Source: Bacteroidaceae bacterium (GTDB taxonomy: Bacteria > Bacteroidota > Bacteroidia > Bacteroidales > Bacteroidaceae). Taken from it: a stretch of DNA of 64,000 nucleotides. The stretch is taken from the NCBI GenBank assembly GCA_017461605.1, contig JAFTXN010000001.1, positions 117,371 through 181,370 of the forward strand, read 5' to 3'. Below, one piece after another: positions 20,570 through 30,576 of this stretch. A program made the position numbers and the translations under genes. Position 1 is the stretch's first letter. The number at the start of each line of letters is the position of its first letter. Below the pieces are notes generated by a model. That model saw nothing but the letters and a program-made list of their open reading frames with translations. It ran no database searches and was not told where the DNA came from.

Positions 20570-20615
20570 CAGCAACAATGGCTGCATTTTTTTGCAGCCA
20601 TTGTTGCTGTTTTTT
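20570..20615 (+). terminator. Perfect 17-bp hairpin with T-tail on the + strand
   Basis: CAGCAACAATGGCTGCA / TGCAGCCATTGTTGCTG followed by TTTTTT. Confidence 0.7.
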
Positions 20616-20693
20616 GCTAATGCGGACTGGAGTATTATGGGAGCATTAGGCAGACTTTGCCGTCAAAAGAAAGTGATGTAGTGGGTTTGTGTA

Positions 20694-22895
20694 CTACCAT
20701 GCCTGCGATCCGCAGATGCCGCGACGCATCTGGTCGGTCTGCACATGGCGCAGGCGGCGAGCAAAGTCGGGCCACGAACGGACGGCCTGCGGTGTCCAAG
20801 CCACTTCGGCCAGGGCCAAGGCTCGCGGATAGGCTTGATAGTAAAGGCGCTCGGCGGAGGGGATGCATTCGCTCCACAGCGTACCGGCCACACCGGCAAG
20901 GTTGGTTTTCTCAAAGTCGGTGCCCATTCCCCAAGCCGGGTCGAGCGAATAGGTACGTTGCAGGGGATTGACGGGCATGCCCCAGTTCACTTCCGGCATG
21001 TCGCCTGCAGCCATCGGATAGTCGAAGTAGCAGTATTCGCCGGGGCACAGCATGATGCGTGCACCATTGGCCCGGGCGGCTCGGATGGCGGTTTCGGTGA
21101 GTCCATGTCGCCAGGCGAAAGTGATGCATCCGGGTTGGATTTCGCGGAAGTCGGTTTCGTACCAGAACATCGGCGTTTTGCCGTGCTTTGTACGCAAGGT
21201 ATCGATGACGCAGTCGAAGAGGTATTTCTGCAACTGCCAGTTGTCTTCGCGCACATTGCGTTCGATGCCGAGGCGACGCTTCAGGGCACGACACTTGTCG
21301 CACTCTGTCCATGCGGCCAAGGGAGGCATGCCGGCCTCGTCGCCGCCCAGATGTACATAGGGCGAGGGGAAAATGGCGGCCAACTCGGCGAACACTTTTC
21401 CGAGAAACTCGTAGACAAACGGTTCGCCCGGGCAGAGCAGTTCGTTGGACACTCCGCAAGTGGTGCGAATGGGTACGTGCTTTCCGCCGCAGGTGAGTTG
21501 CGGGTAGCAGTGGATGGCTGCAACTTCATGACCGGGGAGTTCGATTTCGGGAATCACTTGCACATGATAGCGAGCGGCATATGCCACCAGCTCGCGCAAC
21601 TCCTGCTGCGTGTAGTAGCCACTGATGGGCATCTGCATGTCGTCCATGCCCACGCGCTGTGCTCCCTGCTCCACCAGTCGGGGGTAGGCTTTTATCTCCA
21701 CGCGCCATGCCTGATCGTCCACCAAGTGCAGATGCAAGGCGTTGTACTTGTAGCGAGCCATCTCTGCCACGAAGGCTTTCAGATCCTCGATGGGGCGGAA
21801 GATGCGTGCCGGGTCCACCATGAGTTCGCGCAGGGCAAGACGCGGCCCGTCCACCACAGCCATTTGCGGAATGGAGGCACAGCGTCCCACCGGCGTGGAA
21901 GCCATCACCTGGTCGAGGGTCATCAGTCCGTAGAACACTCCGGCAGCACTGCCACCGCGGATGCATATCTCGTCGCGGCTCACCGACAACCGATAGGCTT
22001 CATTCTCCAGTCCGGGCTGCAAGAGCAGGCGTATCCTTGCCCCTTTCGCCCCCGTCTGCACACGAGCCTCGGAGCGTTCCTCCAAGATGCGAAGGCAGTG
22101 CGTGCGCTCATTGTTCAGCTCGGGCGCAGCCTCAATGCTGAACTTCCGGTCGAAGCGAAAAGGCTCGCCGGCTGTGAGGGTAAGCAGTGCCGGCCGCGGA
22201 ATGACCACAGGGGTCACGACTTCGGGCAGAGGCTCTGCAGGGCTGAAAAACATTTTCCACCCTTCGGCCTCACGATATGCACGCTCCGCACCTCGGGGCA
22301 CTTCCAGACGGACGCGACGCAAATCGATACCCTCGAAGGCCGTCGGCGCACAGACCGGAGGACGAACTGCCCCCACGCGAACGCGCCGCAGAGAGGTGAG
22401 ACGCGAAAAAGCAAAATCGCCGATGCGTTGCAGACTATCGGCAGGCAGACTGATTTCCGTCAGACGCGCACATCCCGAGAATGCCGCCGTCTGCACCTCG
22501 CGTACCATGGGCGGTATGCGCAGCACTCCCTGCAAACTGTCGCAAGCGAAGAATGCCTGCCGGCCGATGCTCTTCAGCCGCTCGGGCAGCACCACCTGTT
22601 GCAAGCGATGGTGGCTGTGCAAAGCATTGTCGGGGAGGTGCTCCACACGCGCTGCCGACAGGTCGAGCCGGGCGAGCTGCCAACACAGGTCGCGCAACTG
22701 CCGAAAATCGGAGTTGCCACGCGTGGTCAGCTGTCCCGTGAGGCGCACATCGCGCACCGCGGCCTTACTTTCGGCCGGACACAGCGTGATGTGGGTGGTG
22801 TCGATGCGCTGCGCAGAGAGCGGCAGGACCAGGCATCCCGCTCCCACGAGCAACAGACTGTAAACTTTCTTCTTCATCACGTATAGGGTCTTCAT
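20694..22895 (-). CDS. GH20 beta-N-acetylhexosaminidase with N-terminal BspA-type leucine-rich repeats
   Basis: LRR units IGRQAFFACDSL and IGDFAFSRLTSL; GH20 motifs HLHLVDDQAWR, PEIELPGH, HLGGDEA, LWSE, YPRALALAE. Start may be 22877. Confidence 0.9.
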   Translation of the reverse strand: MKTLYVMKKKVYSLLLVGAGCLVLPLSAQRIDTTHITLCPAESKAAVRDVRLTGQLTTRGNSDFRQLRDLCWQLARLDLSAARVEHLPDNALHSHHRLQQVVLPERLKSIGRQAFFACDSLQGVLRIPPMVREVQTAAFSGCARLTEISLPADSLQRIGDFAFSRLTSLRRVRVGAVRPPVCAPTAFEGIDLRRVRLEVPRGAERAYREAEGWKMFFSPAEPLPEVVTPVVIPRPALLTLTAGEPFRFDRKFSIEAAPELNNERTHCLRILEERSEARVQTGAKGARIRLLLQPGLENEAYRLSVSRDEICIRGGSAAGVFYGLMTLDQVMASTPVGRCASIPQMAVVDGPRLALRELMVDPARIFRPIEDLKAFVAEMARYKYNALHLHLVDDQAWRVEIKAYPRLVEQGAQRVGMDDMQMPISGYYTQQELRELVAYAARYHVQVIPEIELPGHEVAAIHCYPQLTCGGKHVPIRTTCGVSNELLCPGEPFVYEFLGKVFAELAAIFPSPYVHLGGDEAGMPPLAAWTECDKCRALKRRLGIERNVREDNWQLQKYLFDCVIDTLRTKHGKTPMFWYETDFREIQPGCITFAWRHGLTETAIRAARANGARIMLCPGEYCYFDYPMAAGDMPEVNWGMPVNPLQRTYSLDPAWGMGTDFEKTNLAGVAGTLWSECIPSAERLYYQAYPRALALAEVAWTPQAVRSWPDFARRLRHVQTDQMRRGICGSQAW

Positions 22896-22941
22896 TTTAC
22901 TTACATTTTGTCTGAAAAACGGCCTTCAGGCTTTCAGAAAT

Positions 22942-22998
22942 TTACAAGCACTGCGGAAAATTCTGCAGTGCTTGTAGAATTTTCTGCAGTGCTCGCAG
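22942..22998. repeat. 21-bp module triplet, type A, orientation F-R-R
   Basis: ttaca-AGCAC-tgcgg aaaatt ctgca-GTGCT-tgtag aatttt ctgca-GTGCT-cgcag. Confidence 0.9.
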
Positions 22999-23024
22999 AT
23001 TTTTCCACAATGGGAGCACGCGCA

Positions 23025-23447
23025 TCACTGCAGTGCACCCATGATGGCCTGTTGCATCTTAGGCTGCCACTTCTGCACATAGGGCTGCAGTTCCTCTGCG
23101 CTGACAATCGAGAAATGCTTCATCTTCTTACCCACCGGAGTCTCAAAGAATTGGTTGAGGGCTTTCAGATCTTCCACCGTGAAATACTTTTTATACACAG
23201 GCACCACGGACGGAATGAAGTCGTCGCGGAAACTCTTGGTAACAGCGGCCGCCACTTTTTGGATTTGGGTTTCGGAGAATGTGCCCTGCATGCGGAGGCT
23301 CGAAATCATCGTTCCCGAAAAGGCATGCTCCATGCCGGAATTTTGAATGAACAGCTCCATCTGATGCTGATACTCTTTGTCATCCAGCACCTGTGCCTGC
23401 ACGGTGAGGCTGAGGGCTGCGAACAGAACGAACAATGCTTTTTTCAT
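23025..23447 (-). CDS. DUF2059-type exported protein
   Basis: Signal peptide; VYKKYFTVEDLKALNQFFETPVGKK. Confidence 0.8.
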   Translation of the reverse strand: MKKALFVLFAALSLTVQAQVLDDKEYQHQMELFIQNSGMEHAFSGTMISSLRMQGTFSETQIQKVAAAVTKSFRDDFIPSVVPVYKKYFTVEDLKALNQFFETPVGKKMKHFSIVSAEELQPYVQKWQPKMQQAIMGALQ

Positions 23448-23548
23448 AGTCTTGAAAAGGATTTAATAATTCAGTAAATGCTGCCGCAACACTGACCACA
23501 CCGATGCCGAAACCGAAAAATGCAGCCGGAGATGCAGGCTATCGGTTT

Positions 23549-23585
23549 CAAAGTTACGGTTTTCGCAGGGAAATTCTTACTTTTG
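23549..23585. promoter_or_regulatory. Back-to-back -7 boxes for the DUF2059 gene (-) and ahcY (+)
   Basis: TAACTTTG on minus (23549-23556) and TACTTTTG on plus (23578-23585). Confidence 0.6.
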
Positions 23586-23648
23586 CGCCAAAATAAATAA
23601 ACAATGTACGCACACGCGTGCGGACTCATCTCCTAAACATTCATCACG

Positions 23649-25064
23649 ATGCAAGAAATCTTCTCATCGCTGCCCTACAAAGTGGCAGACATCTCACAAG
23701 CCGACTTCGGGCGCAAAGAAATCGAAATAGCCGAACACGAAATGCCGGGACTCATGGCCCTGCGCGAAAAATATGCTGCCGAACAGCCGCTGCGCGGTGC
23801 ACGCATCATGGGCTCCCTGCACATGACCATCCAGACGGCAGTGCTGATCGAGACCCTGCGAGCGCTGGGCGCCGAGGTACGGTGGTGCTCGTGCAACATC
23901 TACTCCACGCAAGACCACGCCGCAGCCGCGATGGCCGCCGCAGGAGTGGGCGTTTTCGCCTGGAAGGGCGAGAGTCTGGAAGACTATTGGTGGTGCACAC
24001 TGCAAGCCATGAACTTCCCCGGCGGCCAACTCCCGAACCTCATCGTCGATGACGGAGGCGACGCCACCCTGATGATACATCTCGGAGCGCAGGCCGAAAA
24101 AGATGCCACCGTGCTCGACACCCCCTCGGGTAGCGGTGACGAAGCTGCCCTCAAGGACCTGCTGAAGCAAGTGCTCACGGCCGACAACACACGCTGGCAG
24201 CGCAGCGCTGCCGAGTTGCGCGGCGTGAGCGAGGAGACCACCACGGGCGTTCATCGCTTGTACCAGATGATGGAGCGCGGCGAGCTGCTTTTCCCGGCCT
24301 TCAACGTCAACGACTCGGTTACGAAGTCCAAGTTTGACAACCTCTACGGCTGTCGCGAGAGCTTGGCCGACGGCATCAAGCGCGCCACCGACGTGATGAT
24401 AGCCGGCAAGGTGTGCGTCGTGGCAGGCTATGGCGAAGTGGGCAAAGGCTGTGCACAGAGCATGCGCTCCTATGGCGCAAGAGTCATCGTCACAGAGATC
24501 GACCCCATCTGCGCCTTGCAGGCTGCCATGGAAGGCTTCGAGGTTCTCACAATGGAGGAGGCCGCACCGCTGGGCAATATCTTCGTCACTACGACAGGCA
24601 ACATCGATGTCATCACTACCGAGCACATGGCTGCCATGCCCGACCAGGCAATTGTATGCAACATCGGGCATTTCGACAGTGAGATTCAGGTGGAAGCCCT
24701 CAAGCGTTTGCCGGGCATCAAGTGCACCAACATAAAACCGCAGGTCGACAGTTACCAATTTGCCGACGGCCACCGCATCACGCTGCTCGCCGACGGCCGT
24801 CTTGTCAACCTGGGCTGCGCCACCGGACACCCCTCGTTCGTGATGTCCAACTCCTTCACCAACCAAACACTGGCGCAGATCGAACTCTTCACAAAGCCTT
24901 ACGAAATCGGTGTATACCGTCTGCCGAAACACCTCGACGAGGAAGTGGCTCGCCTGCACCTTGCCCGAATCGGCGTACACCTCACCCAACTCTCACAAGC
25001 CCAAGCCGACTACATCGGTGTGCCCGTGGAAGGTCCTTACAAGCCCGAACATTATCGATATTAG
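23649..25064 (+). CDS. ahcY: Adenosylhomocysteinase
   Basis: [60 protein letters not shown]. Confidence 0.97.
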   Translation: MQEIFSSLPYKVADISQADFGRKEIEIAEHEMPGLMALREKYAAEQPLRGARIMGSLHMTIQTAVLIETLRALGAEVRWCSCNIYSTQDHAAAAMAAAGVGVFAWKGESLEDYWWCTLQAMNFPGGQLPNLIVDDGGDATLMIHLGAQAEKDATVLDTPSGSGDEAALKDLLKQVLTADNTRWQRSAAELRGVSEETTTGVHRLYQMMERGELLFPAFNVNDSVTKSKFDNLYGCRESLADGIKRATDVMIAGKVCVVAGYGEVGKGCAQSMRSYGARVIVTEIDPICALQAAMEGFEVLTMEEAAPLGNIFVTTTGNIDVITTEHMAAMPDQAIVCNIGHFDSEIQVEALKRLPGIKCTNIKPQVDSYQFADGHRITLLADGRLVNLGCATGHPSFVMSNSFTNQTLAQIELFTKPYEIGVYRLPKHLDEEVARLHLARIGVHLTQLSQAQADYIGVPVEGPYKPEHYRY

Positions 25065-25085
25065 TATCCCGAAACCCACAGACAC

Positions 25086-27665
25086 ATGGAAAACGTTTCG
25101 CAAAACAAGTCTGCCCGCTGGCAAGACCTCTTGAAAAAATGCGCCCCCGATGCACTGATGGTGCTCGTGTTTCTGGCCATCAGCTTCGCCTACTTCATGA
25201 CACCCATCTCGCAAGGCATGGTGTTGGGCGGGCACGACACAATCGCCTCCATCGGACAGGGACAAGAGCAACTGCAATACAAAGCCGAGCACGGTGAGAC
25301 CACACGATGGACAAACGCCTTGTTCAGCGGCATGCCTACCTATCAGATAGCTCCGAGCTACGAGTCGACATCTCTGCTCTCGTGGCTCGACAAGGTGTAC
25401 CGCCTCGGCACAAGTGGCCCTCTGAGCTACATCTTTCTGTACTTGCTGGGCTTCTATATCCTGATGCGTGCCTTCAATTTCAAACCCTATCTAGCCGCTC
25501 TCGGAGCCATTGTGTGGGCCTTCTCGTCCTACTTCTTCATCATCATCGCCGCAGGCCACATCTGGAAAGTGCTGACCCTGGCTTTCATCCCGCCGACCAT
25601 CGCCGGCCTCGTGCTGTGTTATCGCGGCCGCCTGCTGTGGGGAGGAGTTACGACGGCACTCTTCACCGCGCTGCAAGTGCTCTCCAATCACGTGCAAATG
25701 ACCTACTATTTCCTCTTCGTGATGCTCTTCATCGCGTTGGCTTATGGCGTGGATGCGGTGTTGAAGAAGAAATTTGCGGACTATGCCAAGGCTACCGCAG
25801 TGGCCATCGTGGCGGGGCTAATCGGCGTGGCGGCCAACCTGCCCAGCCTCTACCACACGTATCAATATAGCAAGGAATCCATGCGCGGCAAGGCCGAACT
25901 CACACCCCTGCCCTCTGAGCGTCAGAGCGGCACGAGCACCGACGGACTCGAACGCGATTATATCACACAGTGGAGCTACGGTGTTGGCGAAACCATGACG
26001 CTGATGATTCCCGGCTACTACGGTGGCGGCTCGGGCGAGCGCATGCTCGACAACCCCAAGGCCGAAGGCGTAAGTTCGTACGTGCAAGACGCCAACAGCC
26101 TTGAGAGCCAAATCGGTCGCGGTTTTCCGGGCTGGGCACAGTATTGGGGCGAACAGCCGATGACAGTCGGTCCCGTCTACGTGGGTGCGCTGGTTTGCTT
26201 CTTGTTTGTGCTGGGATTGTTCTTCGTTCGCGGACCGCTCAAATGGGCTCTGCTGCTTTCCACCATGCTCTCACTGTTTTTCGCATGGGGTAAGAACACC
26301 ATGCCCATCACAGACTTCTTCATCGACTTCCTGCCTATGTACAGCAAGTTCCGCACCGTGTCGTCGGCTCTGGTGATTGCAGAATTCACCATGCCGCTGC
26401 TCGCCATGCTCTGCCTGGCCAAAATCTTGCAGAAGCCCGACGAATTATGGCAGACGCGCTTCGGACGCATCGGTTTGGGAGTGGCCACTGCCTGCACCGC
26501 AGGTCTGTGTCTGCTGTTGGCTCTCGTGCCGAGCCTGGCCGGCAGCTTCGTGGCTTCGGCCGAGGAGGAAGGACTGGCTTATCTGAGTCAGTATTTCCCC
26601 CAGTTCCGCGCCGGCGTGGTGGAAGTGCGCCAGGCTATTCTCAGCGGCGACGCGCTGCGTTCGTTCTTCATCATAGCAATTTCCATCGTGCTGATATGGC
26701 TCTATGTGCGCCGTCGCATCAAGCCCTGGGTGCTCTGCTGCGTTTTGGCAGTGATTTGCCTGTTCGACATGTGGAGTGTCAACAAGCGCTACCTCAACGA
26801 CGATAGTTTCTCAGACCCTGTGGCACAACAGCAAGGCTTTGAGAAAACCACTGCGGACGAGATGATACTTCACGACAAGGGTCTGTCGCATCGCGTGCTG
26901 AACCTGTCGCAAGGCAACCCGTTCAACGAAACGTCCAACCGCACTTCCTATTGGCACAAGAGCATCGGCGGTTACAACGCAGCCAAGTTGCATCGCTACC
27001 AAGACCTCATCGATCGTCATCTCAACCAGGAGGTGCAATCCGTGGCCCAAGCTATCAATGCCTCTGCAGGAGACCTGAGCACAGTGAACGGAGACAGCAT
27101 TTCGCCCTGCCTGAACATGCTCAACATGAAGTATATCATCGTGGGCGGAGGCGGCGAGACCGTGGCGCTGCAAAACCCGGCGGCCAACGGCAACGGCTGG
27201 TTTGTCTCCGAACTCAAAATGGCGAAAAATGCCGACGAGGAGATGGCCGGTCTGACAGGCCTCGACACCAAACGGAGCGCCGTGGCCGATGTTCGCTTTG
27301 AGACGGCGCTGGCCGGAACAGCCCTCGACAGCGGCACCGTGACCATGACGAAATATCTGCCCAACGAGTTGCACTACGACATCGCCTCTCCCAAGGGTGG
27401 CGTGGCCGTTTTCTCCGAAATCTACTACCCCGGCTGGACTGCTACCATCGACGGACAGCCTGCCGAAGTGGCTCGCGTGAACTATGTGTTGCGTGCGCTG
27501 AAGATTCCGGCCGGTTCGCACAAAGTGGTCATGACTTTCCGTCCTTCCAGCATCGACGCCACCGAAGCCACAGCCTATACAGCCATCGGACTTATCATTC
27601 TCGGCATGTTGGCAGTGCTGCTGAAAGAATGTGGCGTGTTCCGCCGCAAACAGACCAAGGAATAA
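25086..27665 (+). CDS. YfhO-family multi-pass membrane protein (GT-C-like)
   Basis: WTNALFSGMPTY, many TM helices, GGYNAAKL, FSEIYYPGW.A.IDG, NYVLRAL.IPAG.H. Confidence 0.85.
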   Translation: MENVSQNKSARWQDLLKKCAPDALMVLVFLAISFAYFMTPISQGMVLGGHDTIASIGQGQEQLQYKAEHGETTRWTNALFSGMPTYQIAPSYESTSLLSWLDKVYRLGTSGPLSYIFLYLLGFYILMRAFNFKPYLAALGAIVWAFSSYFFIIIAAGHIWKVLTLAFIPPTIAGLVLCYRGRLLWGGVTTALFTALQVLSNHVQMTYYFLFVMLFIALAYGVDAVLKKKFADYAKATAVAIVAGLIGVAANLPSLYHTYQYSKESMRGKAELTPLPSERQSGTSTDGLERDYITQWSYGVGETMTLMIPGYYGGGSGERMLDNPKAEGVSSYVQDANSLESQIGRGFPGWAQYWGEQPMTVGPVYVGALVCFLFVLGLFFVRGPLKWALLLSTMLSLFFAWGKNTMPITDFFIDFLPMYSKFRTVSSALVIAEFTMPLLAMLCLAKILQKPDELWQTRFGRIGLGVATACTAGLCLLLALVPSLAGSFVASAEEEGLAYLSQYFPQFRAGVVEVRQAILSGDALRSFFIIAISIVLIWLYVRRRIKPWVLCCVLAVICLFDMWSVNKRYLNDDSFSDPVAQQQGFEKTTADEMILHDKGLSHRVLNLSQGNPFNETSNRTSYWHKSIGGYNAAKLHRYQDLIDRHLNQEVQSVAQAINASAGDLSTVNGDSISPCLNMLNMKYIIVGGGGETVALQNPAANGNGWFVSELKMAKNADEEMAGLTGLDTKRSAVADVRFETALAGTALDSGTVTMTKYLPNELHYDIASPKGGVAVFSEIYYPGWTATIDGQPAEVARVNYVLRALKIPAGSHKVVMTFRPSSIDATEATAYTAIGLIILGMLAVLLKECGVFRRKQTKE

Positions 27666-27699
27666 CACCACCGCACACCCAAGCGGTGCATATATACAA

Positions 27700-27737
27700 A
27701 GCAAGCGGGCCTCTCGACATCGGGAGGCCCGCTTGCT
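27700..27737. terminator. Hairpin between convergent yfhO and rnhA
   Basis: AGCAAGCGGGCCTC / GAGGCCCGCTTGCT. Confidence 0.65.
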
Positions 27738-27799
27738 GCATACGGTGCGCAAATGTGATGACACTTTGTACGAAAATCGACCTGCGACGAAGCAAAAAT

Positions 27800-27856
27800 T
27801 TACTCGGCGTTTAGAAATTTCTGCAGTGCTTGTAGAATTTTCTAAACGCCGAGTAG
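27800..27856. repeat. 21-bp module triplet, X-R-X' (outer modules are inverted copies)
   Basis: ttact-CGGCG-tttag aaattt ctgca-GTGCT-tgtag aatttt ctaaa-CGCCG-agtag. Confidence 0.88.
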
Positions 27857-27878
27857 ATTTTCGCGGAAAGCCTTCCGA

Positions 27879-28565
27879 CTATTTTCTGCCGAAGTCGGCC
27901 GGCACTTCGCCCCACTCCTTCGTTTCCCACTTCAGAAGCGGAGTGTCGTAAGTGTGGGTGCGCAACCAGTGCTCGGCGCGCTCGATGAGGCGAAACAACT
28001 CCTCGGTCTGCGGCGTGCGCTCCAACTTGGTGCGACACTGCTTCTTCTTCACCCAAAGCAGGGCATTGCGACTGTCGGAATAGACCGCCAACTTCGCACC
28101 ACGCTGCTCAATCAGCGCCAAAGCATGGACGATGGCCAGAAACTCGCCGATGTTGTTCGTGCCATGCACCGGGCCGTAATGAAAAATCTCCTGCCCCGTG
28201 GCCAGATACACTCCGCGATATTCCATCGGGCCCGGATTGCCCGAACAGGCAGCATCGACGGCCAGCGCATCGGCACGCACGCACAGCGGCAGAGGCAGCA
28301 CGGTGTCACGACGATACTCGGGAGGAGCCGCAACGGCCTTTGGGGAAACGGGAGCAGCCGCTTCGGATGTCGGAGCGGCAACCCGACGCTTCACATAGAG
28401 ATGCGCCGGTGAGTGATAGGCCTCCTCGGCTTCGGCGCGGCTCTCGAACGACTTGTAGACCGCACCATCAAATCCCTTCACCTGACGCTCACATTCGCGC
28501 CATGTTTCGTAAATGCCCGGCTCCACACCGTGCCACACCACATAGTACTTGCTCTTTTTTGCCAT
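27879..28565 (-). CDS. rnhA: Ribonuclease HI with N-terminal hybrid-binding domain
   Basis: YYVVWHG..PGIY.TW.EC; VDAACSGNPG, TNNIGEFLA, YSDS, KWETKEWGEVPADFGRK. Confidence 0.92.
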   Translation of the reverse strand: MAKKSKYYVVWHGVEPGIYETWRECERQVKGFDGAVYKSFESRAEAEEAYHSPAHLYVKRRVAAPTSEAAAPVSPKAVAAPPEYRRDTVLPLPLCVRADALAVDAACSGNPGPMEYRGVYLATGQEIFHYGPVHGTNNIGEFLAIVHALALIEQRGAKLAVYSDSRNALLWVKKKQCRTKLERTPQTEELFRLIERAEHWLRTHTYDTPLLKWETKEWGEVPADFGRK

Positions 28566-28582
28566 TGCTTGCTAAAAAAAAG

Positions 28583-28617
28583 AAAAGTCCTGCGGGAAAC
28601 GTCCCCACAGGACTTTT
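28583..28617 (-). terminator. Terminator after argS
   Basis: AAAAGTCCTG / CAGGACTTTT stem with a long T-run on the minus strand. Confidence 0.7.
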
Positions 28618-28672
28618 ATGATTTGACGAAGAGAACACAGTTTCGCCCGTGGCCTCCCCGCCGTCAGTCGTC

Positions 28673-30487
28673 TTACATACGCTCGGGCATCTCAATGCCG
28701 AGTAATCCCATACCGAGACGCACGATTTTCGCCACGTTCTTCGAGAGTACCAGACGGAACGCGCGCTTGTCTTCGTCCTCTTCGCGCAGAATGCTGAAGT
28801 CGTGGTAGAATTGGTTATACTCTTTCACGAGTTCGTAGCAGTAGTTGGCTATTCCGCTGGGCGAATAGTCGATTCCGGCCTGGCGCACCACCGATGCGAA
28901 GTCGGCCAGATGCTGCACAATCTCCTCCTCCTTCGTGCTCAGAGCTACGTCGGAAGGAAGTTCGGAAGGCACCTGGATACCTGCATCCTCAGCCTTGCGC
29001 AGGATGGAACGGATGCGCGCATACGTATATTGGATGAAGGGACCTGTATTTCCGTTGAAGTCGATGCTCTCCTCGGGGTTGAAAAGCATATTCTTGCGGG
29101 CGTCAACCTTGAGCAGGAAGTACTTCAGCGCACCAAGCCCGACGATGCGTGCCACCTCGGCCTTCTCTTCCTCAGACATGTCGTCAAACTTTCCGGACTC
29201 GTCGGCCGTAGTCCGAGCTTGGAATATCATTTCTGCAATCAGCTCGTCGGCATCGACCACAGTGCCTTCGCGGCTCTTCATCTTGCCGTTGGGGAGTTCC
29301 ACCATGCCGTAGGAGAAATGCACCAAGTCCTTGCCCCAAGAGAAGCCAAGCGAGTCGAGAAGTATGGACAGCACCTGGAAATGGTAATTCTGCTCGTTGC
29401 CGACCACGTATACCATCTTGTTGATCGGGAAGTCCTGGAAGCGAAGTTTGGCAGTGCCTATGTCCTGCGTCATATACACGCTGGTGCCGTCGGAACGCAG
29501 GAGCAATTTTTCGTCAAGCCCTTTCGACGTGAGGTCAGCCCACACGCTGCCGTCCGGACGGCGATAGAAAAGTCCTTTCTGCAGTCCCTCGACCACTTTC
29601 TCCTTTCCCTCAAGATACGTGTCGCTTTCGTAATAAATTTTGTCGAATCCCACGCCCAGCGCCTTGTATGTAACATCGAAGCCCTCGTATACCCATTCGT
29701 TCATCTTGCGCCATAGATTTCTTACCTCGGGGTCGTTGTGTTCCCACTTCACGAGCATTTCGCGCGCTTCGCACATCAGGGGTGCTTCACGCTTTGCTCG
29801 TTCTTCGGCTTCCTCCGCAGACATTCCTTCGTGCACGAACTGCGCAGCCAGTTCCTTTACCTGTTCGCGGTAGTGCTTGTCGAATTCCACGTAATAGTCT
29901 CCCACAAGATGGTCACCCTTTTTGCCGGAACTTGCAGGCGTTTCTCCATTTCCGTACTTGAGCCAAGCGAGCATGGACTTGCAGATGTGAATTCCGCGGT
30001 CGTTCACGATGTTTGTCTTAACGACTTTAGAACCGTTGGCCTCGGCTATCTGCGACACAGCCCAGCCTAACAGATTGTTGCGAACGTGTCCGAGATGCAG
30101 CGGCTTGTTTGTGTTGGGCGACGAATACTCTACCATGACGAGCGGAGACTTCTCCGTAACGGGCACAAAGCCATAGCTAGAATCGGCATCGATTTCGGCA
30201 AGCAGCTCCACCCATTTGGAAGGAGCTATGACGAGGTTGAGAAATCCTTTGACCACATTGAAATCGGCCACAAGGCCTGTTGTCTTGAGATAAGCACCGA
30301 TTTCTTCGGCCGTCTCCTCAGGTTTCTTTTTCGAAACGCGGAGCAGGGGAAACACCACCAAGGTGAGGTGGCCTTCAAACTCCTTCTTGGTTTTCTGGAG
30401 CTGAATCTGTGCTTCGGGCACTTCCTGTCCGTAAAGTTCCATAAGCGCCGCAGCAACGGCAGCTGTGAGTTGGTTTTCTATTTTCAT
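28673..30487 (-). CDS. argS: Arginine--tRNA ligase
   Basis: EYSSPNTNKPLHLGHVRN, KMKSREG, GNTGPFIQYTYARI, terminal PERM. Confidence 0.97.
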   Translation of the reverse strand: MKIENQLTAAVAAALMELYGQEVPEAQIQLQKTKKEFEGHLTLVVFPLLRVSKKKPEETAEEIGAYLKTTGLVADFNVVKGFLNLVIAPSKWVELLAEIDADSSYGFVPVTEKSPLVMVEYSSPNTNKPLHLGHVRNNLLGWAVSQIAEANGSKVVKTNIVNDRGIHICKSMLAWLKYGNGETPASSGKKGDHLVGDYYVEFDKHYREQVKELAAQFVHEGMSAEEAEERAKREAPLMCEAREMLVKWEHNDPEVRNLWRKMNEWVYEGFDVTYKALGVGFDKIYYESDTYLEGKEKVVEGLQKGLFYRRPDGSVWADLTSKGLDEKLLLRSDGTSVYMTQDIGTAKLRFQDFPINKMVYVVGNEQNYHFQVLSILLDSLGFSWGKDLVHFSYGMVELPNGKMKSREGTVVDADELIAEMIFQARTTADESGKFDDMSEEEKAEVARIVGLGALKYFLLKVDARKNMLFNPEESIDFNGNTGPFIQYTYARIRSILRKAEDAGIQVPSELPSDVALSTKEEEIVQHLADFASVVRQAGIDYSPSGIANYCYELVKEYNQFYHDFSILREEDEDKRAFRLVLSKNVAKIVRLGMGLLGIEMPERM

Positions 30488-30515
30488 ACTGTTCTTGTTT
30501 CTTTCTAAAGGTTTG

Positions 30516-30563
30516 CAAAGTTAGTGCAAGGCGAGTGGAGAGCCAAGGAAAAGTTTGCTTTTT
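30516..30563 (-). repeat. Promoter-bearing dispersed element, truncated copy upstream of argS
   Basis: CAAAGTTAGTGCAAGGCGAGTGGAGAGCCAAGGAAAAG; the minus strand ends in TAACTTTG. Confidence 0.8.
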
Positions 30564-30576
30564 ATCCCCGATGGTT

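Noticed and set aside
23478-23560. Possible SAH riboswitch upstream of ahcY
   Set aside because: Only a loose CAGGCT..CGG resemblance; the GAGGAGCGYTGC core is absent, and the predicted ahcY -7 box (23578) lies downstream of it.
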